A stretch of 64,000 bases of DNA from Laetmonice hystrix (Eukaryota): contig OZ249438.1 of assembly GCA_965235115.1 (NCBI GenBank), forward strand, positions 33,356,001 through 33,420,000, written 5' to 3'. Below are positions 11,052 through 25,182 of the stretch, piece after piece; positions within the stretch are counted from its first letter, which is position 1, and each line of letters begins with the position of its first letter. Under the pieces are notes generated by a model. The model was not told the origin of the DNA. It was given only the letters and a program-made list of their open reading frames with translations, and did not search any database. The position numbers and the translations under genes are program-made.

Positions 11052-14000
11052 GTAAGCCTAAAACTGATGTGGAATATGTTGTAAACGTGAAATATTCACG
11101 TCTTATTCCAATAAATGGCATAACGTTCTTCCCGGTATTGTAGCTTACCAGACAACAAGTTACGAATCTGATACTGCTGATCATGAAGGTTTTGTTAAAG
11201 CGTGTTGTAAGACGAATATGACTAGATTCATTCCGAGCCATTCCGGCAGTTTTCCGGTCTTGTTTGCATGAGGCTGGATATTCTGAGTGTATTTTCCTGA
11301 TGACGTTTGTGTCAGTGAACTAGGCGTTAAGAGAGGTGACCTTTATTACGTTGATAAGTCACCTTCCCGGTGAAGCCATGACAGTACCGTCGGGTCCACC
11401 ATTCAGATAATGGAGCGAAGGTCCAGAGTCCAGCCTCCCTAACCCTCACCCCGCCCCATATCTCTCTAACAGCAGGAAGAGGATAGTTAAACAAATAAAA
11501 GAAGACAGCGCAATGTGTCATCTTATAGGAGACGAACATAGCTAAGATGGAAGTGACAGCAACCAACCATGAAGCTCTGGGTAATATCAATCCGTCATTT
11601 ACCGTATGTCGGTGGCCACCAAGGCATCTAGCAGCAGCCGTTAATAGGCATCCCAAGAAGAACGTAACTGGCTGCAGGGATAGCGATAGGGACTATCGTC
11701 TGATCACACCTGGGGTTCCTGGTCAGTGTCAGCCGGTATATTTCTCCAATGTGACCTTAGAGATACACAGGCCCATTCCTAGTTCTATGGCTGAATATAA
11801 ACAAGAACAGACGTGGCGCTCGGGGATGCAGGGACGGAGAACCTTGGTACTGGGAGTCTGAGGCAAGGGATGGCCAAGTATTCAGGCTGAGGAGTCTGCT
11901 GGAGGAGATCCATGACTCTACTTGGGAGAGGCTTCGTTTGAGATCAGCAGTTATGTTTATAAAATAATCGGCATTTCTACATCATTTCATGTGGATAACC
12001 ATTGGTATAAAAGTAACACTCCGTGCCGCAGTGTCCCAATATCATTACCCTGCGAATCCTCACTTATAGGCTGACAATGTAGGAGTTGTTAGACATCAAA
12101 CAAACTCTGAATGAACGCGACGTCATGGAAGCCTTGAGGCCAAGTTAATTCCCCGGAGGTCCTGTAGGTGGCAGCTTCATGCAGAGTCAGGTAGAACAGA
12201 TTGCTCCATATATTTTTTCCACGCATAATCTCAAAGTCTTTGCCTGTTATGTAACTTGTGTTGGAAGATAACAGAGTTAACTACAGAAACTCTATCTAGT
12301 TGTATACAAATTCATTCCGTTACGTTTCCAAATAATGAGGGCTAGACGTTCAGTATTATTGAAGGAGTAGATCTACTACTCGAGGAAAGGAGAAAGACTC
12401 GTATCAATTTTTAAGATTGACATTAAACTGATCTCTTTGATGAAACACATCGCCATATTTCTTGTGGGAAACTCGAATTAGGTTCAAATGTGAAATTTTA
12501 TTCGGTCATTATCGCCTGTCCTGTCGGCGGCAGATACTATGTTGGATTGAGCAGTAGTTCGGTCAGTCGTTAGAAGGGGGCAGCACAAGGTAAGATACGG
12601 CGTTAATGGGTTAGCGCCAGGCGGTGGTGCTGGACGAGGACGGTATGGGCGCCAGCCGTATAAAACATCAGTTGTTTTTTAAATGATGCACGTCCTGGGA
12701 AGTGGGTTATACTCCTAATTTTTCAGTTCAACGAGTTTTACAGGAGTTGATATGATTTCCCTATATGGTAATTCCCGTAATTCCATTAGTGGATTATTAA
12801 CATAATTAAACAGTTTGCTTTGAGAGATGGATTTAAATTAGATGCTAATCAAGTAATTGGATTTCTAATTAACTTATTCTGACTGCTGATGATAGTCGCA
12901 GTATTTTTAGGTGATCGCACCTGGTTTCAATGACCATGGATGCATGACAGGAGTTATTGACAGGTGGTCCAAGGACTCCCCCTTCCCCTCCCCCGAATAT
13001 AAAATGACGGTATTATTATTTATTTCTCCGAAGGAAATCCCGCTTTCAGGTATATAGTACAGTGTAATGTGTGCATTACTGTCAGTCTAAGTACCTTGCT
13101 AAAAACCTGTGCAAATACATTAATTATAGTGAAATACCGTTAAAACTTGCTTTGATCCTGGCAATCACTCATACCATTATGTTAGACAAAATTGTTTAGA
13201 ACAATGTGAAAGTTCAATAGGAATGTGAAGGAGAAACAGGTCCATGGACCAGAAGGACGCATGGCGTCATCTGTCAGTCAGTAATTAGGAAGACAAAATG
13301 TGTGAAGATTATTAACTTAATCCCTCAGTGTCCAGGTTGTTGGTCGGAGGACGTTTCCAATTAACGGATCTCCCAGCCGTGGCACGCAACGGACAAAACG
13401 TTTTACGGGAGGGAGAAACTCCCCTCCGCCATCCCCTTTGAATATGTTCACTCAGCGTCATGCTTAAAAAGCTCCTCCTTTTCAAATCGATGTTACTTAT
13501 TCATTGGGCCTTAGAGAAATGATCCTTTTATCGCGACAGGTATTGTTAGGTTAATGTATCGTTGTGGGGGTGATTGTGTGCTAGATTGTGTGTCGTCAGA
13601 ACTTGCAGCATGGTGAGGGGAAGCAGATTTATTGGACTACTTTCTAATTGTTCAGGACATGTCAAAATGTTGGTGTCCCAGCAAAAGAAAATTGTGAGAT
13701 GCTATCGGTCATATGATGTGATATTACCAGTACTCAAAAGAACACTTAATTTTTTTATCTATTTATTTTACATATCTGAGTAGTATTATCTTTTTAACAA
13801 CTGCAACCCCTCATACTTGAAGTGTGTATGCCAGCCATGCGTGGTTCTAGAGATGTCTAAAGCTGTTAGACGTACCTGGCAAATATTGTCTCACTACATA
13901 AATTACCACCAGCCTGACAACTCTTACCTACATATAAAGATAAGATTAGACTGTTGAGTTATCTATCAGGCTACTGTTTAATCTGGTGACGCAGGCTGTG

Positions 14001-14957
14001 AGCACTTTAATCCTGTAATCCGTTATAGATGTAGACTATTTGCCAGGAGAAGATGACAGATCCACAATTAGAGTAGCGACAGCATACCAGGTCTGAAGAC
14101 AAATACAGACAGGCCGTCCTTATGATAGTCCGCAAACAGTTGTTAGGGTTAATTGGCCGGTTGAGGTGGACTTTGGCCAGTACTGTGACGATAGGACAGA
14201 CCGGGGGAGGGGCGGGTACAGGTGGAAACGTAGAAATTCGAGTTACCGGGGTTTTTGTATTTAGATTTCTCAGCAATGTAAGGAAAGTGTCTTAATGTAG
14301 GTATTTACTCGGAGATGTGAGAATAGCAAGTCATGGCATGACATGGTACCTTCTTTCCTTTGCTAATTGCACGTTAATGAAACAGGAGTAGAAATGTATG
14401 TAGCTGAGTGGATATCAGCGTAACCCCCGACTCAGGGAATGACAGTATGTGTGACGTCAGTGATGTCGTGATGAGAACGTTGACAGCCGTCGTCTTACAG
14501 ACCCGGCATTGTGAATCTGTAGACACCGCAGGCACTGTGTTGTCATGCGGGTTCTCATTCAATTACTGAGCCCCAACAGTTGCCGTTGTCAAACACTGTA
14601 GTTATTGGTCCCCAATCTAAAGACGGGGGGAGGGGGTATACCTGGTTGGGGTAAATGTTGGACCCAGCTGTCAGTAAGGATTACGTATGGCAGGATCCAC
14701 GCCTGAGAGTCGGTGATGGTAGGGCGGGGAGGGGGTGGTGACTAATGCTGATTTATAGGGGTAGGATGAAATCAGTCTTCACCTCAACACCTCCCTGCAG
14801 TCATTGCTCACAGAATACACACTGTTCAAAGCCAATTGAAGTCGGCTTCCCCGTGCCCCACAGAATGGCGTGGTTCCCTTTATAATTTCTCCATGAAGAA
14901 GATTCCAGGGACGTTAGGTTATTTATGGTCTGGAGGTTATTGTATATCGGGAGCGGG

Positions 14958-15534
14958 CAGTCGAGCTGAGGCCCAGTTTAGACCCTGGTTGGTGAGCCGC
15001 AGTCGAGCTGAGGCCTAGTTTATACCCTGGTTGGTTTATACCCTGATTGGTGAGCCGCAGTCGAGCTGAAGCCTAGTTTATACCCTGATTGGTTTATACC
15101 CTGATTGGTGAGCCGCAGTCGAGCTGAAGCCTAGTTTAGACCCTGATTGGAGAGCCGCAGTCGAGCTGAGGCCTAGTTTAGACCCTGATTGGTGAGCCGC
15201 AGTCGAGCTGAGGCCTAGTTTAGACCCTGGTTGGTGAGCCACAGTCGAGCTGAGGCCTAGTTTAGACCCTGGTTGGTGAGCCGCAGTCGAGCTGAGGCCT
15301 AGTTTATACCCTGGTTGGTGAGCCGCAGTCGAGCTGAGGCCTAGTTTATACCCTGGTTGGTGAGCTACAGTCGAGCTGAGGCCTAGTTTATACCCTGGTT
15401 GGTGAGCCACAGTCGAGCTGAGGCCTAGTTTAGACCCTGGTTGGTGAGCCGCAGTCGAGCTGAGGCCCAGTTTATACCCTGGTTGGTGAGCCACAGTCGA
15501 GCTGAGGCCTAGTTTAGACCCTGGTTGGTGAGCC
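14958..15534. repeat. 42-bp minisatellite, ~13 copies
   Basis: Unit gtcgagctgaggcctagtttagaccctggttggtgagccgca. Confidence 0.95.
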
Positions 15535-15800
15535 CCAAGACGACACCATTCTGGTCTCTCTGGTTGTTTACGGTTCGTTAAACACGAACATAACGATACT
15601 ACTTGTATTTTCCCGAGGCCTTGAACATATTCAATAAATCGATCCATTCACAGGCAGAGTTGTGGACAGGGCTGTGAATTAATTATATTGGTGGTCGCCT
15701 GCTCTAAGCTGTCTCTATTTTTTGAGCTTGTTGCCGAGTTGATGCTTGGATATCGCGAGAGTAGAGAAAGATGATGTAACGGCTAACACGATGTTAGAGC

Positions 15801-16430
15801 ATCCACCCCACCCCTGTCAGAGTCATCATTTTTGTTTCAGCCACCATCCTACCCCTGTCAGGGTCATCATTTTTGTTTCAGCCACCATCCCACCCCCGTC
15901 AGAGTCATCATTTTTGTTACAGCCACCATCCTACCCCTGTCAGAGTCATCATTTTTGTTACAGCCACCATCCTACCCCTGTCAGAGTCATCATTTTTGTT
16001 ACAGCCACCATCCTACCCCTGTCAGAGTCATCATTTTTGTTTCAGCCACCATCCTACCCCTGTCAGGGTCATCATTTTTGTTTCAGCCACCATCCCACCC
16101 CCACCAGAGTCATCATTTTTGTTACAGCCACCATCCTACCCCTGTCAGAGTAATCATTTTTGTTACAGCCACCATCCTACCCCTGTCAGAGTCATCATTT
16201 TTGTTACAGCCACCATCCCACCCCTGTCAGAGTCATCAGTTTTGTTTCAGCCACCATCCTACCCCCGTCAGAGTCATCATTTTTGTTTCAGCCACCATCC
16301 CACCCCCGCCAGAGTCATTACTTTTGTTTCAGCCACCATCCCACCCCCGTCAGAGTTATCATTTTTGTTACAGCCACCATCCTACCCCCTTAAGAATCAT
16401 TGTTCTTTCAGCCACAATACCATCCCACTC
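15801..16430. repeat. 41-bp minisatellite, ~15 copies
   Basis: Unit cagccaccatcctacccctgtcagagtcatcatttttgtt(t/a). Confidence 0.95.
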
Positions 16431-16702
16431 ATCACTTCGTGTCAACCACCCTCAACCCCCGTCCCGTGTTTGCCCCACCCAGCCACCCTGCCACAGAGTT
16501 TGATCTCTCAGAGAAGCTCATTGTTTTGAATTTAATAGAAGTCCCTATACCATTTAATAGTTGGTCAATTTAAGTCACTAAGTCGCCTTAGACAAAACTG
16601 TTGTGAAGTGAAGTGTCCGGTATGGATTCCATTTCGTGATTGTAGATTGATTTGTGAGCATTGTTTATGATTCCGATCATTTTACACCTGCTCTCCGAAC
16701 AG

Positions 16703-16783
16703 AATATTCAGTATTGAATGCGGACCCAATTATAGAGGAGGGATTGCTTCGGACTGACCCTCCACTCCCAACTCGCGCTCCAG
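16703..16783 (+). CDS. Candidate symmetric phase-1 exon of the Syt14/16-like gene
   Basis: Acceptor cctgctctccgaacag|, donor CAG|GTAGGT, 81 nt (27 codons), no stop: (E)YSVLNADPIIEEGLLRTDPPLPTRAP(G). Confidence 0.6.
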
Positions 16784-17365
16784 GTAGGTTGTATGTAGGC
16801 GGACTGTAGGCCTCGTCCTTCTCTCCTTGACTCGGTGTACGGGATAGTCTCGGGATATAGAGGAAGGCAGTCTGGCTATGAATAATTAAAGATTACTACA
16901 AGAGAACCGGTGAAGGGCACATTATCTCTGGACTTTTTTATCCCTAGCTTTTGTCTTTAAAAGGTGATTCTGGTAGGAAATGGCTGATGGTGATTTCCGC
17001 TCGTTTGTCGTCCGTTCTAGGTTTCTCACTATCATCCAGGTTGGTCAGTGTCTCCCATGCAGCTGGCGCCCTTTCACTTTTAAAACCTTTCCCCACTAAC
17101 TACCCTCCTATATACGGGTTCCTTGTGTTTCTCTATAACCGTTTACTACCGTTTACCTGTGTGAAGGACTTTCTCATACCGTACATCTGGACTACATCAT
17201 GCGTACAAAGCTTCACTATCATATCTAAAAGATCGGATGAAAATCGGGACAGTGGATGCCCGTTTTAATTGGAAATATGCATAATACGCCTGCGGTGAGC
17301 CACGAAAGTTTTAAACAGTTTACCGTAACGAACTTAGGATCGCCACGGGTCACCGCGGATCGTAA

Positions 17366-18682
17366 AGCCCCAGTCCCACCAAAGCCGAATTAGCTACGAC
17401 GTGTCACGATCTGATAAATCGTGTAGAATCGGGAAAGGTCCTAACTCGGTCGTAGAGTAGTCTTGATAGATCCTCATAGGTCGCGACAATTTTGAACTGT
17501 TCAAAACAATCGGCATTGGTCGGGCAAAAGCTCAGATCGGGGCTATATCGTAGGTCAAACGTTGCTCAGTCGGGAATATAGTCGGGGAACAATCGGGATA
17601 GTTCGTTGTTCAGTCCTGGTTTATCGTAGGACAATTGCCAGAAAATTAAGCCCCAATCCCACCAAAGCCGATTGTACTACGTTCCATGCCGTTCTATCAA
17701 GATCTAAAATTTATTTTAAGTCGTGATAAATCGTGATGAAATAATGACAACCCGAAGACCTAGCTACGGATTGTCACGTTCAACGGCGACTGGGCAACGG
17801 TTTTCCAAAGATCTCTCAACGATCACGCTGCGTGCTATCATGTTCTTTCTCGACATCCTCCGACCTTCCCGACCGAGAAACAACTTAGCAACGTTCTCTG
17901 CCGACCTATGCAGATTGAGCTACGTCCTATCAAGAACCCGACCCGATGTTTGACCAACGATGTAGCAACGTTCTATGCCGTCTGAGCCCCAGCCGAGCTA
18001 CGACCTGTCCAGATGACGTCAGGGCTAGATCTAGGAAATGTCTGGCGATTGTCCTACGATCAACCAGGACTGAACAACGAACTATCCCGATTGTCCCCCC
18101 GACTATTCCCGACTGAGCAACGTTTGACCTACGGTATATCCCCGATTTGAGCTTTTCCCCGACCAATGCCGATTGTTTTGAACAGTTTAAAATTGTCGGG
18201 GTGCAATCGTGGCCTATCCCGACCTATGAGGATCTATCAAGACTACTGTACGACCGAGTTATGACCTTTCCAGATTCTACACGATTTATCAGATCGTGAC
18301 ACGTCGTAGCTAATTCGGCTTTGGTGGGACTGGGGCTTTAGCCCTGATCTAGACCTGATGTCATCGGGACAGGTCGTAGCTCGGCTGGGGCACGGCATAG
18401 AACGTTGCTACATCGTTTGTCAATCTTGGTATAGGTCGCCATACATCGGGCCGGGATCTTGATAGGTCGAAGCTCAATCTGCATAGGTCGGCAGTGAACG
18501 TTGCTTTAGTCGTTGTGCTGTCGGGAAGGTCGGGCCGATGTCGGGATAGAACATGATAGATTCGTAGCTAGCTCTTCGGGTTGTCATGATTTTATCACGA
18601 TTCATCACGACTTAAACTAAATTTCAGATCTTGATAGAACGGCATAGAACGTCGTACAATCGGCTTTGGTGGGACTGGGGCT
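17366..18682. mobile_element. PIF/Harbinger-type MITE (outer copy, split by a second copy)
   Basis: TIR AGCCCCAGTCCCACCAAAGCCG at both ends, with a TAA duplication on both flanks (17363-17365, 18683-18685). Confidence 0.85.
17649..18337. mobile_element. PIF/Harbinger-type MITE (inner copy, same family, opposite orientation)
   Basis: Same TIR (one mismatch), TTA duplication on both flanks (17646-17648, 18338-18340). Its two halves are reverse complements of the halves of the outer copy. Confidence 0.85.
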
Positions 18683-19808
18683 TAAGGTAAGAATGCCCCC
18701 GATCTCTAGCACCGTGGCTCACCGTGGCTATAAACCGGGACAGTGTGTATGGGGCTTGTATTGGGCTTGGCGGATCCTGGGGGACGGCTGACCGTAAGAC
18801 AGGCAGTCATTTCGCTGACATCAGTCTTTCGTTCGATTATAGTTCATAATTTGCAATTGCTAAAATGGACAAGTGAATACCTCATGACATCTACTGGAAA
18901 CCTTTTTTCACATATAGTAGACCATAGTTGCTGTTATTCCTGATGGCGTTTACAGAAATAACTAAACGTTTCTTACCTTGTCCGTCTGTTGAAATGTTCA
19001 TAGAATGATAGAGGAAAATGTCAAGTGGCTGAAACCGACAGTAATAAACAAAAAACAACTCGTTATAGTCTGATCTGAATCAGCGTAATCTATTAAGATC
19101 TCCCTACACATGATACACTGACATTAAGGTGGGCGTCAGAGACACCTGGTGGCAACTGCAAGTACCACGACGTGTTTCCAATGCTGCAAAAGTGACGTTA
19201 TTGTTTTACGCACTTGGGGTATTTTTGTCGATCAAGAGTGTACATTCTGTATTTGTAATGATGTTTTTAGTTTCGTACCATTTTAGAAATGCCATCCCAG
19301 AGTGGATAGTAATAGAGACCGATATTCTCATTGATAATGCATATTTAAACCAATAACATCATAATGTAAATGTTGCCAAATGTTTAGCACACCGTCATAA
19401 TTTGTATTGACGGAATGTGGCTTCGCAAACTATCATGTGCAAAAATATTCATCCATCATGTTTTCGACAGTCGAAGCAATATGTACTGAGCTGATGGCAA
19501 ACTGTTGGCGAGGATGTCCCGTATTGACACTGTATGATAACGTTCTCTTTTCTTAGACTTACCCTAGATCTGGTACAGTCTCATGTTTACATATACTCTT
19601 CCTTTTGGACATTGATTAATAGCAATGCCTGATGCAGGGGGCATGTAGAGAATCGGTGTCTTCGGTGGGTGCTGGTATAAAATGCCCAACAATTTAGAAA
19701 CACTGGCGTGAAGACTGCTGCGAGTTGTGTTGTATAGATAGTTGACGTGACGTGATCACAGAGAATGGAGATTGCACGATGAGTGGGCAGACGTTTAATT
19801 AAAGATTC

Positions 19809-19906
19809 CAACTATGACCACATCTCGAACACACAGGTTCACAACTATGACCACAGCTCGAACACACAGGTTCACAACTATGACCACAGCTCGAACACAC
19901 AGGTTC
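19809..19906. repeat. 33-bp tandem repeat, 3 copies
   Basis: Unit caactatgaccacagctcgaacacacaggttca. Confidence 0.9.
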
Positions 19907-21449
19907 ACGTCCATCCTACCAGATCGTATTTTCATCATTTTGATCTCATCGGATCCCCCCCCCCCCTGTTCTCGTTGCTACTGGTCACGTGGCCCGGGAT
20001 TTGACGAGATTGGCTGGAATGATTGGTCTGACGATCGTTTCACAAACCAACATATTGTTTCAGTAAATGTACGCACACTGAAAGGATTCGCTGATGTTCA
20101 ATATATGCAGGCTGATTTATATAGAGCTGTGTTTGATACATTGGCGTCGATCTATGTTTCAGTAATAATGACGACTATTAGATCTCTATTAAAGTTAGAT
20201 GTCATGACATATATAGCCTGGGCTATATTAAGTTAACGTCGGCTTTCAGCAGCACTTTGATACCAACAGGACGTGAGAACAACGTCGTATCCATGGGTAC
20301 CAATCGACTTTATCATTTGGATCTGAACGTCTAACATCCAATATTGAAGGGGTTCAATTTTTGGACAGTAAAATGTTGGATTATTGTGAAACATTGCAGG
20401 CATCATGGTATGGATTATAGTAAACTGTTAGATACAGAATATATCAGCGTTCCGACAGTAATCGACAGACTGCAGTCAATTCCCCGTTAATATATAGTAC
20501 AGTAGGCTACAGTTTTATCAAGCGGCTTATCAGATTTCCGCATGATAATCCACAGAGTATTAATTTATGAATTATTCAGATTAGTATCTGGAGCGTATCA
20601 TCTGAGTCCATCGTAAGGACTGTATAATTATACGAATGACGTCGATTGAACAGAGGACCCATATGTCTGTGCCGATCGCCTGTCTGATGCTACGCCTATA
20701 TCTCACCCCATGTCTGTGTGGATGGAGTCACTCGGACCAGCAGCACGCTCGGCCTTACGTCCCTCTGCCACATTATGAGAAGACCGTACAGTTCCGGCTT
20801 TACTGGGGTTAACAACAGACAGTATTATACCATTTGTAGACCAGAAAGATGAAATGGTATGCCGTTATTGTAATGTCACACAGGGCAGGAACCAGCCATA
20901 TAGGCCATGCTATTTGAATTTGACAAAGAAACTGGTTTATCAGACTATGGGGAAATGAGTATATATACATATATATATAAGCAGGATTTATTTATTTAAA
21001 TCTATTTCTATTGAGGGGTCTAGGTTATAAACTGTACAGTTACCTGATTCCTTAACCCATCTACATTGTAATTAGACTCACATGTATATGGGAAAATGAT
21101 ATATATTTATAAGAGAAAGGTTATGGCAGCCTCCCACAATGGATACAGTCACATCCCCAACGCATTCACACGCATCAACTACCTTTGTTTATCCACGTTA
21201 CATATGTCATGGAATTCGATCTGGTCGCCTGAGCACTTTGTTAAAGTTCTGTTTGTTGAACTGGATTCTTGCTACACATTGCCTTTTCAGCCTGACAAAG
21301 GATAGATATCTAAACATCTGGTCGGTGTTGCGAGATGTAGGATACATTATTATTGCCGTATACCATGGATGGTAACCGAAGGTCAGGCCAGGGACTAATT
21401 TAACGTTCATCTTCCGATAAAGGGGACAGAATGCCACCGAATGGCTGAC

Positions 21450-21569
21450 CTCCAACGGGACTGAACGGAAGCCATGATGAAGCCACATCACCTGGTGTAG
21501 GTGAAGGTCCTCCAACGGGGCTGAACGGAAGCCATGATGAAGCCACATCACCTGGTGTAGGTGAGGGTC
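21450..21569. repeat. 60-bp tandem duplication
   Basis: tccaacggg(a/g)ctgaacggaagccatgatgaagccacatcacctggtgtaggtg occurs twice. Confidence 0.88.
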
Positions 21570-22361
21570 CTCGGGATCGATGGAGGTTGGGTGGGTGGGT
21601 GTGAGCTTCTCGACCAGTGGGGGCCTACAAGAAGCCACTGAATCCATCTTTCTCCCATGGAAAAGGGAGTAAACATTAGAAAAATATTCATTAAGTATAA
21701 TAAGCAGCAGAGATAGAATGGTCGATAGAATGGTCGGGTCTGTTGGTGCCTGGCGGCCGGTGGACGTGGCTGACTTCGTAACAACCACGGCCCAGTTCGT
21801 CCCCTGAACCACGGTATACTGGGGGGGGGGGGGGGGTGAACCACGGTATACTGGGAGGGGAGGGGGGGGGGGGTGTCCTCCATTATGATACATTATGGCA
21901 GGTCAGCCGTGGTAATTGGCACCGTATCAGTGGCTGGCAGTATGGTAGCCTGTCCGTATAATAAGGACGACCCCTATACTTACGGCCGGGTTCCTCCCCC
22001 GTACATTATTACTGAGGCTGTGTGGGAGTTCAGTGACTGGTATAGGATGGGGCTTACACGGATCATTTCATATTACTCGCACATGTAACGTTGGGTCACT
22101 ATTTATCACTTAGTTCACTGGGAAATAGATTTAGAGTTGCAGCATTCCCAGGGGACCCGGTGGAGGAGAAGGGCCCGGAGGAGGGGGGGGGGGGGGTCAA
22201 AATGACGCGTTATTATCGACGGCAAGGTTTGCAGTGACTCCTGATGTATTGCTGTAACAGTCGGTAACAGCCATATGTGTAAGCCAAACCATTCATGTAG
22301 AAGTACCGTACTTCTAGAGAGATTTTTTCTCATCACACCGAGGCCAACAAATAACTGTATT

Positions 22362-22494
22362 AGAGTGCACAGAATCCCGTAGTAGTATTACAGTGCACAG
22401 AATCCTGTAGTAGTATTACAGTGCACAGAGTCCTGTAGTAGTATTACAGTGCACAGAATCCTGTAGTAGTATTACAGTGCACAGAATCCTGTAG
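22362..22494. repeat. 28-bp tandem repeat, ~4.5 copies
   Basis: Unit agtgcacagaatcctgtagtagtattac. Confidence 0.9.
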
Positions 22495-22956
22495 CCTCCT
22501 ACCCTGTTCGTGGGACTAGATTAAGGGCATGTACTAATCTTTGACATGGAGATAATCCTTCACAGAAACAAGATACACTCAAGTGACCGTTATGGCAAGA
22601 TGATTAATTAGAAACTGCCGAGCTAGAAACACCTGTAGGGTAATTACCATAGGGGTGGTAATTGTCTGAACTGAATGGAAATATACACCGGAAAATAATT
22701 GCTCCTGCTGACCAATTTGTCATGGAAATGTCATCAGAGTGCAGTGGGAAAATCATGGGGTTTTACATGGGGGCCTGGGAAACGACTGGCACATTATGCT
22801 GGTCATTAATTCTAATCTACATAGTCATGAATTAAAACTTTAATATGCCAATCGTAATTGGGCATTATATTATCACCAGGTATTATTTGATATAGATTTC
22901 GGCGTTACATATAGTAGTTACGGCGAATTGATATTTTCTCATACAATATGTCATAA

Positions 22957-23083
22957 GGCCCAGATACACAGACCGATTTATGGCCGATTTTGAGATACGG
23001 CCGATCATTCTCCATAGGAAAACTATAGAGAAAAATCGGCCGTATCTCAAAATGGACCGTAAATCGGTCTGTCTATCTGGGCC
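22957..23083. mobile_element. Palindromic MITE (GGCCCAGATA termini)
   Basis: Near-perfect hairpin ggcccagatacacagaccgattta...taaatcggtctgtctatctgggcc. TSD is not exact. Confidence 0.65.
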
Positions 23084-23414
23084 TATGCTCGTACCATATC
23101 AACCTCGTGGTCTCAACTGTATCGTACTAGCCTGTATTCCATTCTGTAGACAACAGTGTCATTGCCGAGTTTTCTGCATTAAATAGAATTAATCGTGATA
23201 GGAACAGATTTAAAATGAAACCTAAGGGTTCTGCTCTGCTGAGAGCCATTACCTTGCATTTTTACATTCACCACATCGGCTTCAATGGTGCAATTCGAGA
23301 ATCTCAAAAGAAATGTTCATGAACCCATGTGGACGTTAATAATTTGTGCAGTTGATGAAATGGCATTTGGACACACAGTATGCAGAGATACCCTGAGGCA
23401 TAACCTTGCCTTGT

Positions 23415-25182
23415 TTCATAGGTTCAAACTTTGTTCTCCCAGTACGACAGGAGATTGCTCAGTCTTGTCACGAAAGGTCTCGTTGTATAGTGTGAGACTG
23501 GACAGTAATCTTTGACGTCTTCCATGACTCATCGACACTTTCATAGATTCTTTCATAGATTCAAACTTTGATCTCCCAGTACGACAGGAGATTGCTCAGT
23601 CTTGTCACGAAAGGTCTCGTCGTATAGTGTGAGACTGGACAGTAATCTTTGACGTCTTCCATGACTTATCGACACTTTCATAGATTCTTTCATAGATTCA
23701 AACTTTGTTCTCCCAGTACGACAGGAGATTGCTCAGCCTTGTCACGAAAGGTCTCGTTGTATAGTGTGAGACTGGACAGTAATCTTTGACGTCTTCCATG
23801 ACTTATCGACACTTTCATAGATTCTTTCATAGATTCAAACTTTGTTCTCCCAGTACGACAGGAGATTGCTCAGCCTTGTCACGAAAGGTCTCGTCGTATA
23901 GTGTGAGACTGGACAGTAATCTTTGACGTCTTCCATGACTTATCGACACTTTCATAGATTCTTTCATAGATTCAAACTTTGTTCTCCCAGTACGACAGGA
24001 GATTGCTCAGCCTTGTCACGAAAGGTCTCGTTGTATAGTGTGAGACTGGACAGTAATCTTTGACGTCTTCCATGACTTATCGACACTTTCATAGATTCTT
24101 TCATAGATTCAAACTTTGATCTCCCAGTACGACAGGAGATTGCTCAGCCTTGTCACGAAAGGTCTCGTCGTATAGTGTGAGACTGGACAGTAATCTTTGA
24201 CGTCTTCCATGACTCATCGACACTTTCATAGATTCTTTCATAGATTCAAACTTTGTTCTCCCAGTACGACAGGAGATTGCTCAGCCTTGTCACGAAAGGT
24301 CTCGTCGTATAGTGTGAGACTGGACAGTAATCTTTGACGTCTTCCATGACTCATCGACACTTTCATAGATTCTTTCATAGATTCAAACTTTGATCTCCCA
24401 GTACGACAGGAGATTGCTCAGCCTTGTCACGAAAGGTCTCGTCGTATAGTGTGAGACTGGACAGTAATCTTTGACGTCTTCCATGACTCATCGACACTTT
24501 CATAGATTCTTTCATAGATTCAAACTTTGATCTCCCAGTACGACAGGAGATTGCTCAGTCTTGTCACGAAAGGTCTCGTTGTATAGTGTGAGACTGGACA
24601 GTAATCTTTGACGTCTTCCATGACTCATCGACACTTTCATAGATTCTTTCATAGATTCAAACTTTGATCTCCCAGTACGACAGGAGATTGCTCAGCCTTG
24701 TCACGAAAGGTCTCGTTGTATAGTGTGAGACTGGACAGTAATCTTTGACGTCTTCCATGACTCATCGACACTTTCATAGATTCTTTCATAGATTCAAACT
24801 TTGATCTCCCAGTACGACAGGAGATTGCTCAGCCTTGTCACGAAAGGTCTCGTATAGTGTGAGACTGGACAGTAATCTTTGACGTCTTCCATGACTCATC
24901 GACACTTTCATAGATTCTTTCATAGATTCAAACTTTGTTCTCCCAGTACGACAGGAGATTGCTCAGTCTTGTCACGAAAGGTCTCGTCGTATAGTGTGAG
25001 ACTGGACAGTAATCTTTGACGTCTTCCATGACTCATCGACACTTTCATAGATTCTTTCATAGATTCAAACTTTGATCTCCCAGTACGACAGGAGATTGCT
25101 CAGTCTTGTCACGAAAGGTCTCGTCGTATAGTGTGAGACTGGACAGTAATCTTTGACGTCTTCCATGACTCATCGACACTTT
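23415..25182. repeat. 137-bp satellite array, ~13 copies
   Basis: ttcaaactttg recurs at 23423, 23560, 23697 and onward; copies are highly homogeneous. Confidence 0.96.

Noticed and set aside
9800-12500. Possible degraded LINE or transposase remnant
   Set aside because: Hand translation of sampled parts on both strands gave no recognisable RT, endonuclease or DDE motif.
12534-12589. Segment between a plausible acceptor and a strong AAG|GTAAGA donor
   Set aside because: It has stops in all three frames. It could be a UTR or poison exon, but nothing in the sequence supports that.
15078-16529. ORFs of 135-223 aa with 14-aa or His/Cys-rich repeats
   Set aside because: By-products of the 42-bp and 41-bp minisatellites.
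21207-21893. 228-aa minus-strand ORF
   Set aside because: It spans poly-G/C runs, a 60-bp duplication and AT-rich sequence, with no coherent domain.
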